A stretch of DNA of 61,226 nt, filler included, from Collodictyon triciliatum (Eukaryota), in assembly GCA_043381765.1 (NCBI GenBank). It is 5 parts of 4 records of this genome, joined end to end, with 100 filler letters (N's around TTAATTAATTAA, not from the genome) between each part and the next. Parts side by side here need not be neighbours in the genome. Positions count along the whole stretch, not along the records: positions 53,320 to 61,226 come from JBHJMP010001852.1; 4 more parts are not named here. One strand, given 5' to 3'. Positions 57,580-61,226 of the stretch are shown in pieces. The position numbers and the translations under genes are program-made. The first letter of the stretch is position 1; each line of letters starts with the position of its first letter. The notes beneath the pieces were generated by a model. That model had not been told where the DNA came from, made no database searches, and was given only the letters and a program-made list of their open reading frames with translations.

Positions 57580-60372
57580 TTNNNNNNNNNNNNNNNNNNN
57601 NNNNNNNNNNNNNNNNNNNNNNNNNNNNNNNNNNNNNNNNNNNNNNNNNNNNNNNNNNNNNNNNNNNNNNNNNNNNNNNNNNNNNNNNNNNNNNNNNNNN
57701 NNNNNNNNNNNNNNNNNNTCACTATTATTATTATTATCACTATTATAATTATTGGAAAAAGAAATAAAAATATTGACAGACAATATAATTACAATATAGA
57801 CGGTAAATTTGTTTCTATCAAGTTACTTTTATTTGGTGATTAAGCCGAATCAAGAACGAGTCATTCAAAATGCTATCATTTAAATGGGTGGCCAAATTAT
57901 TGCATTACCTGCACTCGAGGATTAACTTCAATAAAGTAGTAATTCCCAGTAATTGTGTCAATCAAAAACTCCACGGTGCCCGCGTTGGCATAATTTGATG
58001 CTCTGGTATCAATGGAATAGAATGGTGTATTTTATTGTTTACAATTAGCCTAGAGTGAATTATCCGCCAAGGAAAAAAAAAGTATCACTCGTTACACGAC
58101 TACTAAAAGTGAAGCATATAATTGTAGAATAAGAAGAATATGGAAGATGCGAAAGGGAATAAAATAGTTGAGGGAAAGAGAGAGAAATAAAATAAATATA
58201 TATGTGCAATTTTTTTCATTATATATGTGTGTGTATGTGTGTGTTAACAAGTTAAACATGCCTGGCCAGATGAATGGCATCTTTAACAAGCTTCTCGCGT
58301 AGCTCGCTCGTAATGTTTGGGGCTGGAAGTTTTGTGACTTCAGCATATGTACAAACAAAAATACGAATTCGAAAAACAAATGAATATATTAAAGAACTCG
58401 ATAAAATACCAGGGGCTATTTCAACCACTTTTTGGTGGCGGCGCTGAATAGAGCAGTCTCGTTCATACAGGTGTGTGATATTTCCGTGGCGGTCAGCAAG
58501 AATCTGGACTTCGACATGGCGTGGATTTTGCACAAACTTTTCAATAAACATCGAGCCATCACCAAAAGCCTGATTACATCATTTGAATCAAATGAGTATA
58601 AAAAAATAATTTGTTCAGTCTGAATTGTTTGGTAATTTTGACTTTATGCATATTTAACAAATCATTTTCATACAAAAAGATAGATGAGACAGATAATAAC
58701 CTGTTTTGCTTCGGAACTGGCGCGTTCAAATGACTCAACAAATTCATCACTATGATCAGATAAGAAATATGAGTTTGGATTCGGTAACGCTGTTCATTCG
58801 AAAAAAAACCAAATTAATTAATGAAATGAAGACAAGACAAGACAAGACAAGACAAGACAAGACAAGACAAGACAAGACAAGACAAGACAAGACAAGACAA
58901 GACAAGACAAGACAAGACAAGACAAGACAAGACAAGAGAATGCATATCTACACCAGAATTCAATCGACAAATAATTGCAACTAAAAACATTACATGCTAT
59001 TTACTCGGCGCATGCCACGACCACCTCCACCCATGGTTGCCTTGAGCATGACTGGGAAGCCTATCTCTATTGCTGCTTTCAGTGCATCTTCAGAGTTCGT
59101 GACAGGTTTTTCTGTTCCAGGGATAACAGGAACACCAATGGATCTGCGATAAGCATCATAAAAGAATTATGAAAAAAAAAAAGTAAAACTAAAAGAAAGT
59201 GATGATGATAACAATAGCATAAAAGTAAAATAATTATGATAAAAAGCACAACAAGAAAAATATAATAATTATAGTTATAATAAGACATAATAATGATGAC
59301 AGAATAAACCCTATAAGTGTAATGCTCATGAAAGAACTTAAGTTACTTGGCCAAGTTGCGAGCTTTGGTCTTGTCTCCAAAGATCTCTAAGGCTGATGGA
59401 TTTGGTCCGATAAAAACAATACCAGCATTGGCACACGCATTTGCAAACTCACTTCTTTCAGAAAGGAATCCGTATCTTTTGGTGTGTAGCAAAGTATAAG
59501 TAGGGAGTTTGATTATCCACACATAAAAAAATATCACGATACTGCCAAGCCGGTTTAATTCTTTTTAATATACAGCTTCAGCTCGTAGAGAAGTATTAGA
59601 AGAAATGAAGACGTTTGTGGGCGACAAATAAAATAAAACCAAAAAAAAAAATACCCTGGATGAATTGCATCTGCGCCGCTCTCCTTTGCTATACGGATTA
59701 TATCTGCGATGTCAAGATATGCTTGGACTGGGGATCTAAATAGAACGCGAGAAAAAGTTAACCATATTTTCATATAGCCTTTTATCCTATCACTCATATA
59801 TAATAAAATGCTGTAGGCCTTCATTCTGTCATCAGTGTCCCCACCACGATAACAAAAATACGAATGAAATATAACTAAAATTATGATATATTTAATTCGA
59901 ATTGTGATGAAAATGCAGAGAAATATATATATCATAACATCATTTCTACATGTACAAATCAAACTGCACCCTTACTTTCCTTTCCCAACGAGATAGGACT
60001 CGTCAGACTTTGTTCGATGTAATTGGAATCTGTCCTCGTGACTATATATCCCCACTTAACCCCATATGTATAGAAGGAAAGCATGTATATTAGCATAAAT
60101 ACATCAATACACATAAGAAATTGGATTAAAAAAAAACATAAATGAATAATAAGACAATTAGTATTAAGAAACAAGCCTGTTCGAAGGCCGAGCTCCTCAG
60201 CGGCACGAAAGACACGCACGGCGATTTCCCCGCGGTTGGCCACGAGAATCTTCTGAAAAGGCGGGACGCGCGACTCTCCTGCCACTGCAAAAAACTTCAC
60301 CCCGAGTGGGACTGAGTTGAGCCATTTTTTGGCCAGTGGGAATGCAGACGATGGGCGGAGCCAACCGGACAT
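53551..60372 (-). CDS. PYC: Pyruvate carboxylase, mitochondrial; 3' part lost in the gap
   Basis: [84 protein letters not shown]; about 22 exons splice in frame. Confidence 0.97.
54739..54996. repeat. (TTTTGGTTAA)x10 followed by (TATTG)n, in a PYC intron
   Basis: Visible compound tandem array. Confidence 0.95.
55481..55554 (-). mobile_element. Two degenerate family-A LINE tails in a PYC intron
   Basis: Minus strand reads CACTTTGAATCGAATAAATG(A)7 and TTTGAATCGAAG(A)7. Confidence 0.6.
58829..58936. repeat. (AAGAC)n microsatellite, intronic; (AAT)n arrays also at ~56209-56300 and 60791-60843
   Basis: Visible tandem arrays. Confidence 0.95.
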
Positions 60373-60811
60373 TCTAATCGAATGAGTGACGAATTCATGT
60401 ATCATAGGCACGGGGTTAGATTATCGAAAAAGAGTAAATATCTGCTCTCAACAAGACTGCTTAAATAAGAGGAAGAAAAGAAGAGCCCGCCAAGTTCCTG
60501 CGCATAACGACATTGGATGTGTGCGTTGTATGCAAGAGCCACGATGAAGCAGGTTTAGAAAGAGGCGAAGGTCTGGTGGCTGTTTTGTGCTCGTCGCGTG
60601 GGATAGTTTTTGAACTACAAGTCGCTCAGGATGGGTAGGAAGGAAGCTGCTTGCTTTGTGATTGTGAGCATGTGCATATAATATTGTTTTCTGTCTTGTG
60701 AGATAAGCTGAAAACTTGAGCGCGTCTGGGGACTGCGTTTGCTTGTTTTCAGATACTCTCATAAAGAGATGCTCTTTTCCCTCGCAAGTTAATAATAATA
60801 ACAATAATAAC

Positions 60812-60845
<34 letters not shown>

Positions 60846-61172
60846 TCGTCAGGGTTCGCGCTGCAGAGAGGCGATGACGAGGACAGACGACTCGATGCGC
60901 TCACTGTGCGTCATTAAGTCTGCGTTTGCGTTTGCTGTTCTCTCGTCAGCGCACATTCCTATTCCAGTGACGTATTCTCTCTCAAAGTTTTCCGCTATTT
61001 ATCATTTTTACCAAAGGAGAGTTTACATAATTTTTGTGAAAGGCAATTATTGATTTGGTAATAATTCTGACTTTGCATTACCTCAGCGTTCGTCAGGGTA
61101 ATGTCATCAACCTATCACTCCGTTTATTTGTTTCTTGTTTTTTTGTTTTTTTGTTTTTTTTTTTGTTTTTTT

Positions 61173-61226
<54 letters not shown>

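Overview
Scaffold segment from an intron-rich, AT-rich eukaryotic genome, probably a flagellated protist with mitochondria, using the standard genetic code. It contains N-gaps and four artificial TTAATTAATTAA contig linkers. Host genes reconstructed by manual splicing: two NHL-repeat paralogs, a secreted chlorophyllase-like alpha/beta hydrolase, a divergent Arf/Arl-like GTPase, FIP1, UAP1 (5' truncated), an OAC1/SLC25A35-like mitochondrial carrier (5' truncated), an intronless multipass membrane protein, a mid-SUN protein, ETF-alpha, a tandem-C2 protein, a ZMYND10-like protein, histone H3, a secreted bacterial-type GH13 with an N-terminal DOMON-like module (plus a partial second copy), a C2-AGC kinase, UBL5/HUB1 and pyruvate carboxylase (3' truncated). 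Mobile DNA: an L1/Tx1-like LINE and several very short 3' tails of it with target-site duplications, a second family of short poly(A) retroposon tails, and a decayed Fanzor1 (eukaryotic TnpB-like RuvC nuclease). The Fanzor carries a candidate omegaRNA scaffold whose G-U pairs form only on the coding strand, plus nested insertions including a perfect 42-bp palindrome with a 5-bp TSD. Five GC-AG introns are required by reading frame. All family assignments rest on motif recognition; no database searches were run.
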